A stretch of 64,000 nt of DNA from Candidatus Krumholzibacteriota bacterium (lineage in GTDB: Bacteria; Krumholzibacteriota; Krumholzibacteriia; JAJRXK01), in assembly GCA_963727455.1 (NCBI GenBank), contig CAVSGG010000003.1, forward strand, positions 1 through 64,000. The letters run 5' to 3'. Within the stretch, counting starts at the first letter, position 1; every line of letters starts with the position of its first letter. The position numbers were made by a program, and so were the translations under genes. This document shows, piece after piece, positions 40,913-50,757 of this stretch. The notes beneath the pieces were generated by a model, which worked only from the letters and a program-made list of their open reading frames with translations, had not been told where the DNA came from and did no database searches.

Positions 40913-43015
40913 GTGTCCACCGTGATTTCAGATCTCTCGAAGGTCCGCAACATCGGGATCTCCGCGCACATCGACTCGGGGAAAACCACCCTCACCGAGA
41001 GAATCCTTTTTTATACCCAACGCATCCACGCCATCCACGAGGTACGGGGCAAGGACGGCGTCGGCGCAACCATGGACTCCATGGAACTCGAGCGCGAGCG
41101 CGGGATCACCATCGCCTCCGCCGCCACCTACTGCACCTGGAAGAACCACCAGATCAACATCATCGACACTCCGGGCCACGTGGATTTCACCATCGAGGTG
41201 GAACGCGCCCTGCGAGTGCTCGACGGGGCCGTCCTGGTGCTATGCTCGGTGGCCGGCGTGCAGAGCCAATCGATCACCGTCGACCGGCAGATGCGCCGCT
41301 ACAACGTTCCGCGTCTGGCCTTCATCAACAAGTGCGACCGCTCTGGCGCCAACCCCATGCGGGTGACCGAGCAGCTGCGCGAGAAGCTCAAGCACAACGC
41401 GGTGATGATGCAGATTCCCATCGGCCTGGAAGCGCAGCACGAGGGCGTGGTCGACCTGGTGAAGATGAAGGCCATCTACTTCGACGGCGAAAGCGGCGAA
41501 ACTCTGCGCGAGGAAGAAGTTCCCGCCGGACTCTTGCCCGAGGCGCAGGCGCGAAGGGAGCAGATGCTGGACGCGGCTTCCATGTTCTCCGACGAACTGA
41601 TGGAGGCGATGCTGGAGGACACGGTCACCGAGGAACTCATCCACGAAGCGGTGCGCCGCGCCACGATTGCGCGCGAGCTCACCCCGGTGTTCATGGGCAG
41701 CGCTTACAAGAACCGCGGGGTGCAGCTCCTCTTGGATGCGGTCACTCGCTATTTGCCCGATCCCACCGAAGTCCAGAACGAGGCGGTACGCATCGAGAAG
41801 GGCGAGGAAGTCACCTTCCCGGTCGAGGTCTCGCCGGACAAACCCCTGCTCTCTTTGGCCTTCAAGCTGGAAGTGAGTCCCTACGGACAGCTCACCTACC
41901 TGCGCGTCTATCAGGGAAAGCTGCGCAAGGGCGACACCATCGTGAACGCGCGCAGCGGAAATCGGGTCAAGGTGGGTCGTCTGGTGCGCATGCACGCCGA
42001 CCAGATGGAGGACATCGAGGCGACCGGGGCCGGCGACATCGTGGCCCTCTTCGGAGTGGACTGCGCCAGCGGCGACACTTTCACCGACGGCAGCTTCGAG
42101 GCTTCCATGAGCTCGATGCACGTGCCCGAGCCGGTGATCAAGCTGGCCATCACTCCCAAGGACAACAACGCCCAACAAAATCTGGCCAAGGCCCTGGCCC
42201 GTTTCACCAAGGAAGATCCCACCTTCCGCGCCGGCACCGACGAGGAGACGGGCGACACCATCATCGCGGGCATGGGCGAGCTGCATCTGGAAGTTTACGT
42301 CGAACGCATGAAGCGCGAGTTTCGGGCCGAGGTCGAAACCGGCGCGCCCCAGGTCGCCTTCCGCGAAACGATCACCCAGCCGGTGGACTTCGACTACGTG
42401 CACAAGAAGCAGACCGGGGGCAGCGGCCAATACGGTCGCGTGGTGGGAACCCTGGGACCGCAGGGTGAGGAGAGCGAGTTCCTCTTCGAGAACCACGTGG
42501 TGGGCGGACGCATTCCCTCCGAGTACATCAGCGCGGTGGAGAAGGGCTTCCGGGCTTCCTTGGACCGCGGCGAGTACATCGGGTACCCGGTGGTGGGCAT
42601 CAAGGTCGATCTCAAGGACGGCGCCTACCACGCGGTCGACAGTAGCGACACCGCCTTCCAGGCCGCGGCCAAGGGGGCGTTCCGCGAAAACTATCTCAAG
42701 GGCAAGCCGGTCGCCTTGGAGCCCATCATGCTGGTCTCGGTCGAGGGACCGTCGGAGTTCCAGGGCGAGATCCTGGCCACGGTGATGCAGCGCCGCGGCA
42801 TGATCGTGGGCACCACCGAGGACGCGGGCTTCGTGCGCATCGATGCCGAGGTCCCCTTGAGCGAGATGTTTGGCTATGCCACGATTCTGCGCAGCGGCAC
42901 GCAGGGCAAGGCCGAGTTCAGCATGGAGTTCAAACGTTACGGCAAGGCGCCGCAGGAAGTGGCCGAGGAACTCAGGGCCAAGTGGCTCGAGAAGCGCGCC
43001 GCCGGGAAGAGCTAG
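40913..43015 (+). CDS. fusA: Elongation factor G (spdEFG1 / mtEF-G1-like subtype)
   Basis: [63 protein letters not shown]. Confidence 0.96.
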   Translation: MSTVISDLSKVRNIGISAHIDSGKTTLTERILFYTQRIHAIHEVRGKDGVGATMDSMELERERGITIASAATYCTWKNHQINIIDTPGHVDFTIEVERALRVLDGAVLVLCSVAGVQSQSITVDRQMRRYNVPRLAFINKCDRSGANPMRVTEQLREKLKHNAVMMQIPIGLEAQHEGVVDLVKMKAIYFDGESGETLREEEVPAGLLPEAQARREQMLDAASMFSDELMEAMLEDTVTEELIHEAVRRATIARELTPVFMGSAYKNRGVQLLLDAVTRYLPDPTEVQNEAVRIEKGEEVTFPVEVSPDKPLLSLAFKLEVSPYGQLTYLRVYQGKLRKGDTIVNARSGNRVKVGRLVRMHADQMEDIEATGAGDIVALFGVDCASGDTFTDGSFEASMSSMHVPEPVIKLAITPKDNNAQQNLAKALARFTKEDPTFRAGTDEETGDTIIAGMGELHLEVYVERMKREFRAEVETGAPQVAFRETITQPVDFDYVHKKQTGGSGQYGRVVGTLGPQGEESEFLFENHVVGGRIPSEYISAVEKGFRASLDRGEYIGYPVVGIKVDLKDGAYHAVDSSDTAFQAAAKGAFRENYLKGKPVALEPIMLVSVEGPSEFQGEILATVMQRRGMIVGTTEDAGFVRIDAEVPLSEMFGYATILRSGTQGKAEFSMEFKRYGKAPQEVAEELRAKWLEKRAAGKS

Positions 43016-43047
43016 CCGGCCGAGAACTAAGGGACAGGAGTCTTCGC

Positions 43048-43767
43048 ATGATCTACGGCAAGGATCTCAAGAACCGGAGCCCCCTGAGGGTCTTCGAGCG
43101 CTCCATCCATGGTGGCTTGGGCAAGGGGAACATCGGTCTGGTCATGAGCCGCGCCGGCGTGGGCAAGACCGCCTTCTTGGTGGACGTGGGTTTGGACGTC
43201 TGCATGGGAGGGGAGAAGGTCCTCCACGTCGACACCGAGCACACGGCGGAACGGGTGCGCGAGTACTACGAGGAAGTCTTCCGTGATCTCGCGCAGGGAG
43301 CGGGACTCGAAGACCGCACCGAGGTGCACCTTCAGGTCGAGCGCCGCCGCATGATTCACAGCTTCCTTCGCGGGTCCTTCAGCCTGGAGCGTTTGCAGCA
43401 GGCCATGATCTACATGAAGGAACACATCGACTTCGTCCCCAGCTGCATCATCCTGGACGGCTATCCCGCCTGGGAGCAGTTGGGCCCCGAAGAGCTTCGC
43501 GAGAGCCTCACCGCCGTGAAGAAGATGGCGGTGGAGAGCGAGACCGAAATTTGGATCTCCGCGCAGGGTCACCGCGAGGACGAACGCGACGAGATGGGAG
43601 TGCCGCTGCGCCTGCAGCCCTACCTGGAGGTCCTCTCGGTGGTGGTGCGCCTGGTCTCCAAGGGCAACGAGGTGCGGTTGCAGCTGGTCAAGGACCACGA
43701 GAATCCCGACCTGGCCGACCTGCACATCGAACTGGATCCCAAGACCCTGCTGCTCAAGTGGCGTTAG
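43048..43767 (+). CDS. RecA/KaiC-like P-loop ATPase of unknown function
   Basis: HGGLGKGNIGLVMSRAGVGKT Walker A, IILDG Walker B; GGAG RBS. Confidence 0.75.
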   Translation: MIYGKDLKNRSPLRVFERSIHGGLGKGNIGLVMSRAGVGKTAFLVDVGLDVCMGGEKVLHVDTEHTAERVREYYEEVFRDLAQGAGLEDRTEVHLQVERRRMIHSFLRGSFSLERLQQAMIYMKEHIDFVPSCIILDGYPAWEQLGPEELRESLTAVKKMAVESETEIWISAQGHREDERDEMGVPLRLQPYLEVLSVVVRLVSKGNEVRLQLVKDHENPDLADLHIELDPKTLLLKWR

Positions 43768-44614
43768 GCACTTTGGGCGCAGGAATCTCCTCCACCGTGG
43801 CCAGAGAACCGTAGGGCACCGCAGCGCCGCTGCGAGTGGCCGGGAACTCGGTCATGCGCACCGCGCGCGTGATCTCGCTCTCGGCCGCCGCGAAGGAGCC
43901 GCTCTCGCCCGGCGAGAGTCGCAAGGCCCCGCTGCTGCGCGGGATCTCGGCCACCAGACGGCGCAATTCGATCGCGACATCCGTGAACACGCGCAGAGCA
44001 TCCCCGCTGAGAGGACGGCGCGTGTGGATCGCGATCCGCTGATCCTCCACCTGCAAATGAATGGATAGCGGTTCCACGACCTCGCGCGCGTCCGCCATCA
44101 ACAAATAGAGAGCCTGCGCCATCAACACCGAGCGCTGGTCCACGCTGTCCGTCTGGCATTCCCATTCCATGCGCAGAGCGAAACCGGGCGGCGGCGCGTG
44201 ACGTAGCTTGCGCTGCAGCGCGCGCAGGCGGCCTGTACCCTGGTTCACCGGCGAGATCTGCAGTCCGCGCAGAGTGAGCAGTTTGTTTTCGAAGAGAAAG
44301 GCCTGCTGCGAGCTAGGTCCCAGTCGCCGGCGGCAGAGGTAGTAGCTGCCCAGGCCGTCGCTCCCGCGCAGGACACAGGAGATTCCTCCGTGGCGCCCCT
44401 TGCCGCCCAGAGCCGTGGCCGCGTCCACCAGGGAGCGGGGCAGTCCTTGCTCCTGGGGGTTCAGCCCGCGGCTCTCGGCCAGGATGGCCAGATCCAATTG
44501 TTCCTGTTCGCGCTGACGGCGGCGGTGCACGCTGACGACGCTGCGCAAAAGAAGCACGAGCGCCAGGGTCAAGGCACTGAGTCCCAGCACGGGCAGGGTG
44601 TGGACGATGTTCAC
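43754..44614 (-). CDS. Hypothetical protein with N-terminal membrane anchor
   Basis: Long ORF filling the gap; TM segment LPVLGLSALTLALVLLL; start uncertain. Confidence 0.55.
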   Translation of the reverse strand: MNIVHTLPVLGLSALTLALVLLLRSVVSVHRRRQREQEQLDLAILAESRGLNPQEQGLPRSLVDAATALGGKGRHGGISCVLRGSDGLGSYYLCRRRLGPSSQQAFLFENKLLTLRGLQISPVNQGTGRLRALQRKLRHAPPPGFALRMEWECQTDSVDQRSVLMAQALYLLMADAREVVEPLSIHLQVEDQRIAIHTRRPLSGDALRVFTDVAIELRRLVAEIPRSSGALRLSPGESGSFAAAESEITRAVRMTEFPATRSGAAVPYGSLATVEEIPAPKVPNAT

Positions 44615-44821
44615 AATGAGCTCCCGATCGGCATCGGGGGCACTCGGCAGGCACTCTGGTAAAAGTACGGTGGAGCAGACTCCGTGCCGCCCAGGGGCCC
44701 GGGTCGGCGGCAGGCGGGGCTTTCCCCGAGGCGGAGCACGATGGCGCAAAGGGCCCCACCGGGGTCCCGAGGGAACCGGGCAGACTGGCCCTCGAGTTCA
44801 GGCACGCGCAGGAGAGCGGGC

Positions 44822-44857
44822 AAAACGAGAGCCCCCCGCAAGGGCGGAGGGCTCTCG
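44822..44857 (-). terminator. Rho-independent terminator after tRNA-Glu
   Basis: CGAGAGCCC...GGGCTCTCG hairpin followed by TTTT on the minus strand. Confidence 0.7.
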
Positions 44858-44860
44858 AGT

Positions 44861-44936
44861 TGGCAGCCCCTAGGGGAATCGAACCCCTGTTACCTGGCTG
44901 AGAACCAGGCGTCCTAGGCCACTAGACGAAGGGGCC
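44861..44936 (-). tRNA. tRNA-Glu(CTC)
   Basis: GGCCCCTTCGTCTAGTGGCCTAGGACGCCTGGTTCTCAGCCAGGTAACAGGGGTTCGATTCCCCTAGGGGCTGCCA. Confidence 0.96.
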
Positions 44937-44956
44937 ACGAATGTCGTGGAGCGTGA

Positions 44957-44984
44957 AGTATATAAAACGGGGCCAGGGACGCAA
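44957..44984 (-). promoter_or_regulatory. sigma70-type promoter of tRNA-Glu
   Basis: TTGCGT-16-TATACT. Confidence 0.55.
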
Positions 44985-45187
44985 GCCACCGCGAGCGCCG
45001 CGGGCGCGTCTGCCTCACTCCGCGCGGGACCGCACAAAGGGCGGAAACCGGCGGCGCGCGCCGATTGGCGCCCTCTGGACAGGGCCCCTCGCGGGGATTA
45101 GTCTGTGGCCTCCATGCGGCGGCAGGAGAAAAAGATAAGGTCCGCGCCGCCTTTGTCCTGAGTCCGTGTTCCGAGAAACCACCCATC

Positions 45188-46900
45188 ATGACTCCCCCCG
45201 ACGACCCTAATTCCAAGCCCGAGAACTCCCTGGATGCCAAGGAGAGCCGGGATTTCATCCGCGACATCATTCGCGAGGACCTCGCCGAGGGAAAGCACGG
45301 GGGCCGGGTGCACACCCGCTTTCCTCCCGAACCCAACGGATACCTGCACATCGGGCACGCAAAGTCCGTCTGCCTGAATTTCGGGGTCGCCCGCGAATTC
45401 GGCGGACTGTGCAATCTCCGCTTCGACGACACCAATCCGGCCAAGGAAGATCCCGAGTACGTCGCGTCCATCCAGAACGACGTGCGCTGGTTGGGCTTCG
45501 ACTGGGAGGACCGGCTCTACTACGCTTCCAGCTACTTCGAGAAGATGTACGAGTACGCACTGCAGCTGGTGAAAAAGGGCAAGGCCTACGTCGACTCGCA
45601 AAGTGAAGAGGAGATCCGCCGCAACCGCGGTACCGTCAAGAGTCCGGGCACGCCCAGTCCCTATCGCGAGCGCAGCGTGGAGGAGAACCTGGATCTCTTC
45701 ACCCGCATGAAAGACGGCGAGTTCGAGGACGGAACCCACGTGCTTCGGGCCAAGATCGACATGGGCGCCTCCAACATGAAGATGCGCGACCCCTTGATCT
45801 ATCGTATCCGGCACGCGAGCCATCACCAGACCGGCGATACCTGGTGCATCTATCCTTTTTACGACTTTGCGCACTGTCTGGAAGACAGCATCGAGGGCAT
45901 CACCCACTCGCTGTGCACCCTGGAGTTCGAGATCAACCGCGAACTCTACGACTGGTTTCTCGACGAACTCGAAGTGGAGTGTCACCCGCAGCAGATCGAA
46001 TTCGCCCGCCTCAATCTGAATTACACGGTGATGAGTAAGCGCAAGCTGCTGCAACTGGTGCAGGAGAAGGTGGTGGCGGGTTGGGACGATCCGCGCATGC
46101 CCACCCTGGCCGGACTGCGCCGGCGCGGCTACACCCCGGCTGCCATCCGCACCTTCGCCGAACGTATCGGGGTGGCCAAGCGCGACAGTGTGGTGGACAT
46201 CGCGCTCCTGGAGCACACCCTGCGCGAGGACCTCAACGCCAACGCCTCGCGGGTGATGGCAGTCCTGGATCCGCTCAAGGTGGTCATCGAAAACTATCCC
46301 GAGGGTGAGGTCGAATGGATGGAAGCGATCAACAACCCCGAGGACGAAGGCGCAGGCACGCGCAAGGTCCCCTTCTCCCGCGAGATCTACATCGAGCGCA
46401 GCGATTTCCTGGAAGATCCCCCGCGGAAGTTCTTCCGTCTCTCGCCGGGCTGCGAGGTGCGCCTCAAGCACGCCTACTTCATCACTTGCACCGATCTCGT
46501 GAAGAACGACGCGGGCGAGATCGTCGAGCTACGCTGCGAGTACGATCCCCAAAGCCGCGGCGGCGAAGCGCCCGACGGGCGGCGGGTCAAGGGAACCCTG
46601 CACTGGGTGAGTGCGGCACAGTCCCTGAAGGCCGAGGTGAGGCTGTACGACAAGCTCTTCACGGTGGAGAACCCGGGCGAGGTGCGCGAGCTGCACTCGG
46701 TGTTGAACCCGGACTCGCTCGAAGTGTTGAAGGACTGTCGCGTGGAACCCTCGCTCAAAGAAGGCGCGGCGGGACAGGGCTACCAGTTCCTGCGCCACGG
46801 CTACTTCTGCCTCGATCCCGACACGCGGCCCGACGCGCTGGTGTTCAATCGCACGGTGGGACTGCGCGACACTTGGGCCAAGATTCAGAAGAAGAACTGA
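45188..46900 (+). CDS. glnS: Glutamine--tRNA ligase
   Basis: [45 protein letters not shown]. Confidence 0.97.
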   Translation: MTPPDDPNSKPENSLDAKESRDFIRDIIREDLAEGKHGGRVHTRFPPEPNGYLHIGHAKSVCLNFGVAREFGGLCNLRFDDTNPAKEDPEYVASIQNDVRWLGFDWEDRLYYASSYFEKMYEYALQLVKKGKAYVDSQSEEEIRRNRGTVKSPGTPSPYRERSVEENLDLFTRMKDGEFEDGTHVLRAKIDMGASNMKMRDPLIYRIRHASHHQTGDTWCIYPFYDFAHCLEDSIEGITHSLCTLEFEINRELYDWFLDELEVECHPQQIEFARLNLNYTVMSKRKLLQLVQEKVVAGWDDPRMPTLAGLRRRGYTPAAIRTFAERIGVAKRDSVVDIALLEHTLREDLNANASRVMAVLDPLKVVIENYPEGEVEWMEAINNPEDEGAGTRKVPFSREIYIERSDFLEDPPRKFFRLSPGCEVRLKHAYFITCTDLVKNDAGEIVELRCEYDPQSRGGEAPDGRRVKGTLHWVSAAQSLKAEVRLYDKLFTVENPGEVRELHSVLNPDSLEVLKDCRVEPSLKEGAAGQGYQFLRHGYFCLDPDTRPDALVFNRTVGLRDTWAKIQKKN

Positions 46901-46929
46901 GTGCGAAGAGTCGCAGACGATGCGCGCCC

Positions 46930-47565
46930 TCAGTGGGCGCCCACCAGGCGCAGGGGCGCCGGGGCCGAGCGCGTCAGTTGGGTGTCGAGTTCGCCGAGGG
47001 CGGTGACCCGCCAGAAGCCGGCGCCGCGCCCCATTTCCGCCAATTCTGAAGCGTCCACCACCGCAGTGGTGTCCTGGCTCACCAGCTCGAAGACCTCGTG
47101 GGAGTTCGCGTCGAAGACCTCGATGCGGTAACGCTGTGCCTCGGGGAAACTGCTCCAGCGAAAGCGTAGCTGCGGGGTGGCCACGCTACCGACCGGCGCG
47201 AGCGCGCTCAGTTGGCCCTCCGCGCCGCGATATACCGGCGCCGGTTCCAGCGGGGTGCGCAGCGAAGGATGCGGGAGCAGCACCACCGCCAAAATTGCGG
47301 CGGCTGCCAGCGGGATGAGCAGACGCTTGGGCAGAGGCCAGCGCTTCTTGGCGAAGCTCCGCCGCGCGCGCAGCACCGCGTCCAGCCCTTCGGCTTCATA
47401 GAGCATGCGCGCCAGTTCGGGAGAGTTTCGTAACTCCGTTTCGAAGTCCCGCTGCTCGCTCGCGCTCATCCTGCCCTCGCGATAGGCGAGAACTCGCGCC
47501 CCCTGCTCTTCGCTGAGTCCTTCCGCTTCTTCGAAGCGCTCGGGCGGCCGATTGCTTTCCTTCAC
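46930..47565 (-). CDS. Putative membrane-anchored anti-sigma factor
   Basis: Overlaps the ECF stop; N-terminal LAYREGRMSASEQRDFE helix pattern, TM IPLAAAAILAVVLL, then PVYRG and a beta-sandwich-like FRWS..YRIEVFD..FWRVTA domain. Confidence 0.65.
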   Translation of the reverse strand: MKESNRPPERFEEAEGLSEEQGARVLAYREGRMSASEQRDFETELRNSPELARMLYEAEGLDAVLRARRSFAKKRWPLPKRLLIPLAAAAILAVVLLPHPSLRTPLEPAPVYRGAEGQLSALAPVGSVATPQLRFRWSSFPEAQRYRIEVFDANSHEVFELVSQDTTAVVDASELAEMGRGAGFWRVTALGELDTQLTRSAPAPLRLVGAH

Positions 47566-48101
47566 ACCCGTACCCCTCTCTCCAAGAGAAGACGGCGAAA
47601 CTTCTGGCGGCAACGGTAGAGGCGGCGGTAGAGCACCGTCTCGCTCAGGCCGGCGGCCTCCGCCAAGCGCCGCGGCTTTTCCCCATCGGCGAGTCGACTC
47701 AAGAAACCCCAGCACTGGCTGTCGCCCGCGCGCAACTCCTGCAGCGCCGCGCTCAAATGCTGCAGCAACTCCTTCTGTTCGAGCGCTTCCGCCGGCGTGC
47801 CCTCCGCGGCCAAACTCGTCGGCTCGACCAGTTCGCTCTCTTGTCTCGCGCGCGCATGCCTCTGGTAGAAATTGCCGATGGTGTTGCGCAGAACTTGAAA
47901 GCACCAGGCCATGGGCGGGAGCCCTTCGACGAGCCGCGCGCTCTCGATCTGCTGCGCGCGGCAGAGGACGGTGGTCATGGCCTCCTGCACCACGTCCTCC
48001 ACTTCGGCGGCCGGTACGCGCCGCGCCGCGATTTCCACGAAACGCTCCCGGAGCCTCTGGCTCCAGTCTTCAGCGGCGGAGCTGATCGGTGCGCGGTCCA
48101 T
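47562..48101 (-). CDS. ECF-family RNA polymerase sigma factor
   Basis: Region 2 EDVVQEA..AWCFQVLRNTI; region 4 LAEAAGLSETVLYRRLYRCRQK. Confidence 0.88.
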   Translation of the reverse strand: MDRAPISSAAEDWSQRLRERFVEIAARRVPAAEVEDVVQEAMTTVLCRAQQIESARLVEGLPPMAWCFQVLRNTIGNFYQRHARARQESELVEPTSLAAEGTPAEALEQKELLQHLSAALQELRAGDSQCWGFLSRLADGEKPRRLAEAAGLSETVLYRRLYRCRQKFRRLLLERGVRV

Positions 48102-48269
48102 CCTGAATGTTTGGCTCGGGAAAAAATCTCTCGCGGCTTGCCGCCCGATGCTAGCAGAAGTGCCAAGAACGCAGCTAGCGGACAATTGCGTTTCTTCTTC
48201 GCCCCCGCGCGCAGCTACGTGCTACACTGGGCCCGGTCTCCGCCTTCCCCGCCCCTTGCGAAGGTGCCC

Positions 48270-50738
48270 ATGGATTGCCGCCCGGTCCCGTTTGCCAGCC
48301 CACGCGAGGCAGCTCCGCGTGCGCGTCGTTCCTGGCTCGCCAGCTTCGTGCTCGTGTGCGGTCTGCTCGCGACCTGGTCTCCGCTCTGGGCCCAGGATGC
48401 GAGCGAGGAGGTACGCGAAGCCCTCGCAGAGTATCGCTCCGATCTGGATGCAAAGAGCGCCAGTGCGCTGGCGAAGCGCCTGGAGTCTCTCGAGCCGCAA
48501 CTTGCCGAAAGTGGACAGGACAGCCTGCGCTCCGAGGTCCTGGAGACCGCGGGGCTGCTCTCCTTTCGCCACGGCGACCTGCACCATGCGCGGGCGCTGT
48601 GGGCCGAAGGACTGACGGCCGCCCGCGCCGCCAACTCGACTTCACAGATCATGGCCCTGCTCAACATGAACGCGGTGGGCGTGAGCCAGGCTGGCGACTA
48701 CGCGCGGGGAATCGAACTCTTCCAGGAACTCACCGCCCTACGCAGGGAGAGCGGCGACCGGCGCGGCGAGGGAATCGCGTGGAACAACATCGCCAACTGT
48801 TTCATGAAGTTGAATCGCCTGCCCGAGGCTTCGGCGGCCGTCGATTCGGCGAAGGTCTGTTTCGAGGATGTGCAATTCGATCGCGGGCTGGGCAGCGTCT
48901 ACATCCTGCGCGGTCTGGTTCGGCTCGAGATGCAGCGCAGTGAAGAGGCCCTTGCCTCCTTCGAGGCTGCAGCCGCGATGGCCTACCAACTCGGCCAGAA
49001 GGACCTCATTGCCACCGCCCTGGCCAATCGCGGCCGCCTCAAAATGCTGCGCGGCGAGCCGGTCGAACTCGCGCTGGCCGACGTCGACTCCGCTCTCGCC
49101 CTGTGGAAGGAAATGGACAACCGCCAGCAGTTGCTCATGGTGCACATGATGCGCGGGGAAGTGCTGGTGGAAACCGGCCATGGCCAAGAGGCCCTGGCGG
49201 ACCTGCGGAAAGTGCTCACCCAGCGCGAAGCGGCCGGCGAGGAGTTCGATGCGCTGCCGGTGCGCAATCTCATCGGGGCCGCCTACCTCGAATCGGATCG
49301 CCTCGAGGATGCGCAGTCCTATCTCGAGCAGACCCTGACCATCCTGGAAAGCCTGCGCGCCCAGGCCCTCGACGAAGAGACCCGCATGGGTCTCTACCGC
49401 CGCGGTGGACTGGCCCATCGCGACCTGGCCGATTGCCTCTTGCGCCAGGGCAAGGTGGAAGAGGCCTGGGCGGTGGCCGAACGCGGCCGGGCTTGGCTCT
49501 TGCGCGAACAGCTCGCACCGCCAAATACCGAGGCCGCGATCCTCGAACTTGCCAGTCTGCAGGAGAGGCTGCGCGCCTCGGGGGCGGTCTACGTGCACTT
49601 GGCCGAGAGTTTGGCCGGCGCCAGCTTCGCCTTCATCGTGAGCAGCGAGGGCATCAAGGTGGTGCGGCTCGCGGTTCCCCACTCCCTGATGACCGATCTG
49701 GAGATCGCCGTCTACCACATGGCCAACGGATCGCCCGACGAGCTGTGCGATCCACCACTGACGCGTCTGGGCGATGCCCTGGTGGGACCGCTGGTCGAGG
49801 ATCTGCCCGAGGATGGGCGTGGCGTTCTATTTTCGTTGCCGGGAAGCTTGAGCGATCTTCCCCTCGATGCTCTACGCTACGAGCGAGGGGGGAGCGCGCA
49901 GGTATTCGGCGAACGATACGCGACCGCGCTGGTCCCCTCGGCCACCACCTGGAACGCATTGGAGAAGCGCCCCGCGCCCAGCAAGGGCGTCTACGCCTTC
50001 GCCGACCCCAAGGCCGATCTCGCAAAGGGAGGCTCTCTCGCCATCACCCGCTTCCGCGACGTCCTGGGCTTGCCCCTGCCCCAGGCGCGCGAGGAGGCGC
50101 GCGCGATCACCCGGGGGGGCGGACACTCGCTCATGGGTGAGGAGGCTTCCAAAGCACAGTTTCTGCAGCTCATCGATCGTGATCTTGGGGTTCTCCACTT
50201 CGCCACGCACGCGGTGGTCGATCCGGTTTATCCCGAGCAGTCGGCCTTGCTATTGGCCGGTGGGGAGGACGACCGTCTGACCGCAGGCGAGATCGAGGCG
50301 CATCCTTTCCACGCCGATCTCGTCACCCTGAGTGGCTGCCGCACCGGCGGCGGGCTCACCTATGTGGGCGAGGGAACCCTGGGCCTGATGCGCTCCTTCT
50401 TCGTGGCCGGCGCGCGCAGCGTGGTCATGTCGCGTTGGGACGTGGAGGACAGAGCGGCGCGCCGTTTCATGGAGGAATTCTACGCCGCGCTCGAGTCGGG
50501 GGAGGACCGCGCCACCGCGATGCGCAACGCACGCATGCGCCTGCGCGAGGAAGGCTTCCCGCACCGCGACCGCTCCGCCTTCGTTTTGGCCGGGGTGGCG
50601 ACCGAGCCGGTGCTCTCGCTCCTGATGAACAAAGAGCCGGACCACGATCGGGCCCGGCTCTTCGTCATCGCCGCGCTGATCCTACTTTCGGGCTCCCTCC
50701 TCTGGCAGATCAGACGACGGCGCTCGAACGCCGCGTGA
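48270..50738 (+). CDS. TPR-CHAT (caspase/separase-like) protease with signal peptide and C-terminal TM helix
   Basis: Signal ..LLATWSPLWA-Q, TPR helices (GEGIAWNNIA, ATALANRG), CHAT motifs LHFATHA, LVTLSGCRTG, FFVAGARSVVMSRWDVED; C-terminal LFVIAALILLSGSLLW-RRRR. Confidence 0.92.
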   Translation: MDCRPVPFASPREAAPRARRSWLASFVLVCGLLATWSPLWAQDASEEVREALAEYRSDLDAKSASALAKRLESLEPQLAESGQDSLRSEVLETAGLLSFRHGDLHHARALWAEGLTAARAANSTSQIMALLNMNAVGVSQAGDYARGIELFQELTALRRESGDRRGEGIAWNNIANCFMKLNRLPEASAAVDSAKVCFEDVQFDRGLGSVYILRGLVRLEMQRSEEALASFEAAAAMAYQLGQKDLIATALANRGRLKMLRGEPVELALADVDSALALWKEMDNRQQLLMVHMMRGEVLVETGHGQEALADLRKVLTQREAAGEEFDALPVRNLIGAAYLESDRLEDAQSYLEQTLTILESLRAQALDEETRMGLYRRGGLAHRDLADCLLRQGKVEEAWAVAERGRAWLLREQLAPPNTEAAILELASLQERLRASGAVYVHLAESLAGASFAFIVSSEGIKVVRLAVPHSLMTDLEIAVYHMANGSPDELCDPPLTRLGDALVGPLVEDLPEDGRGVLFSLPGSLSDLPLDALRYERGGSAQVFGERYATALVPSATTWNALEKRPAPSKGVYAFADPKADLAKGGSLAITRFRDVLGLPLPQAREEARAITRGGGHSLMGEEASKAQFLQLIDRDLGVLHFATHAVVDPVYPEQSALLLAGGEDDRLTAGEIEAHPFHADLVTLSGCRTGGGLTYVGEGTLGLMRSFFVAGARSVVMSRWDVEDRAARRFMEEFYAALESGEDRATAMRNARMRLREEGFPHRDRSAFVLAGVATEPVLSLLMNKEPDHDRARLFVIAALILLSGSLLWQIRRRRSNAA

Positions 50739-50757
50739 GCTTCCGCGCTCCTCTCGT

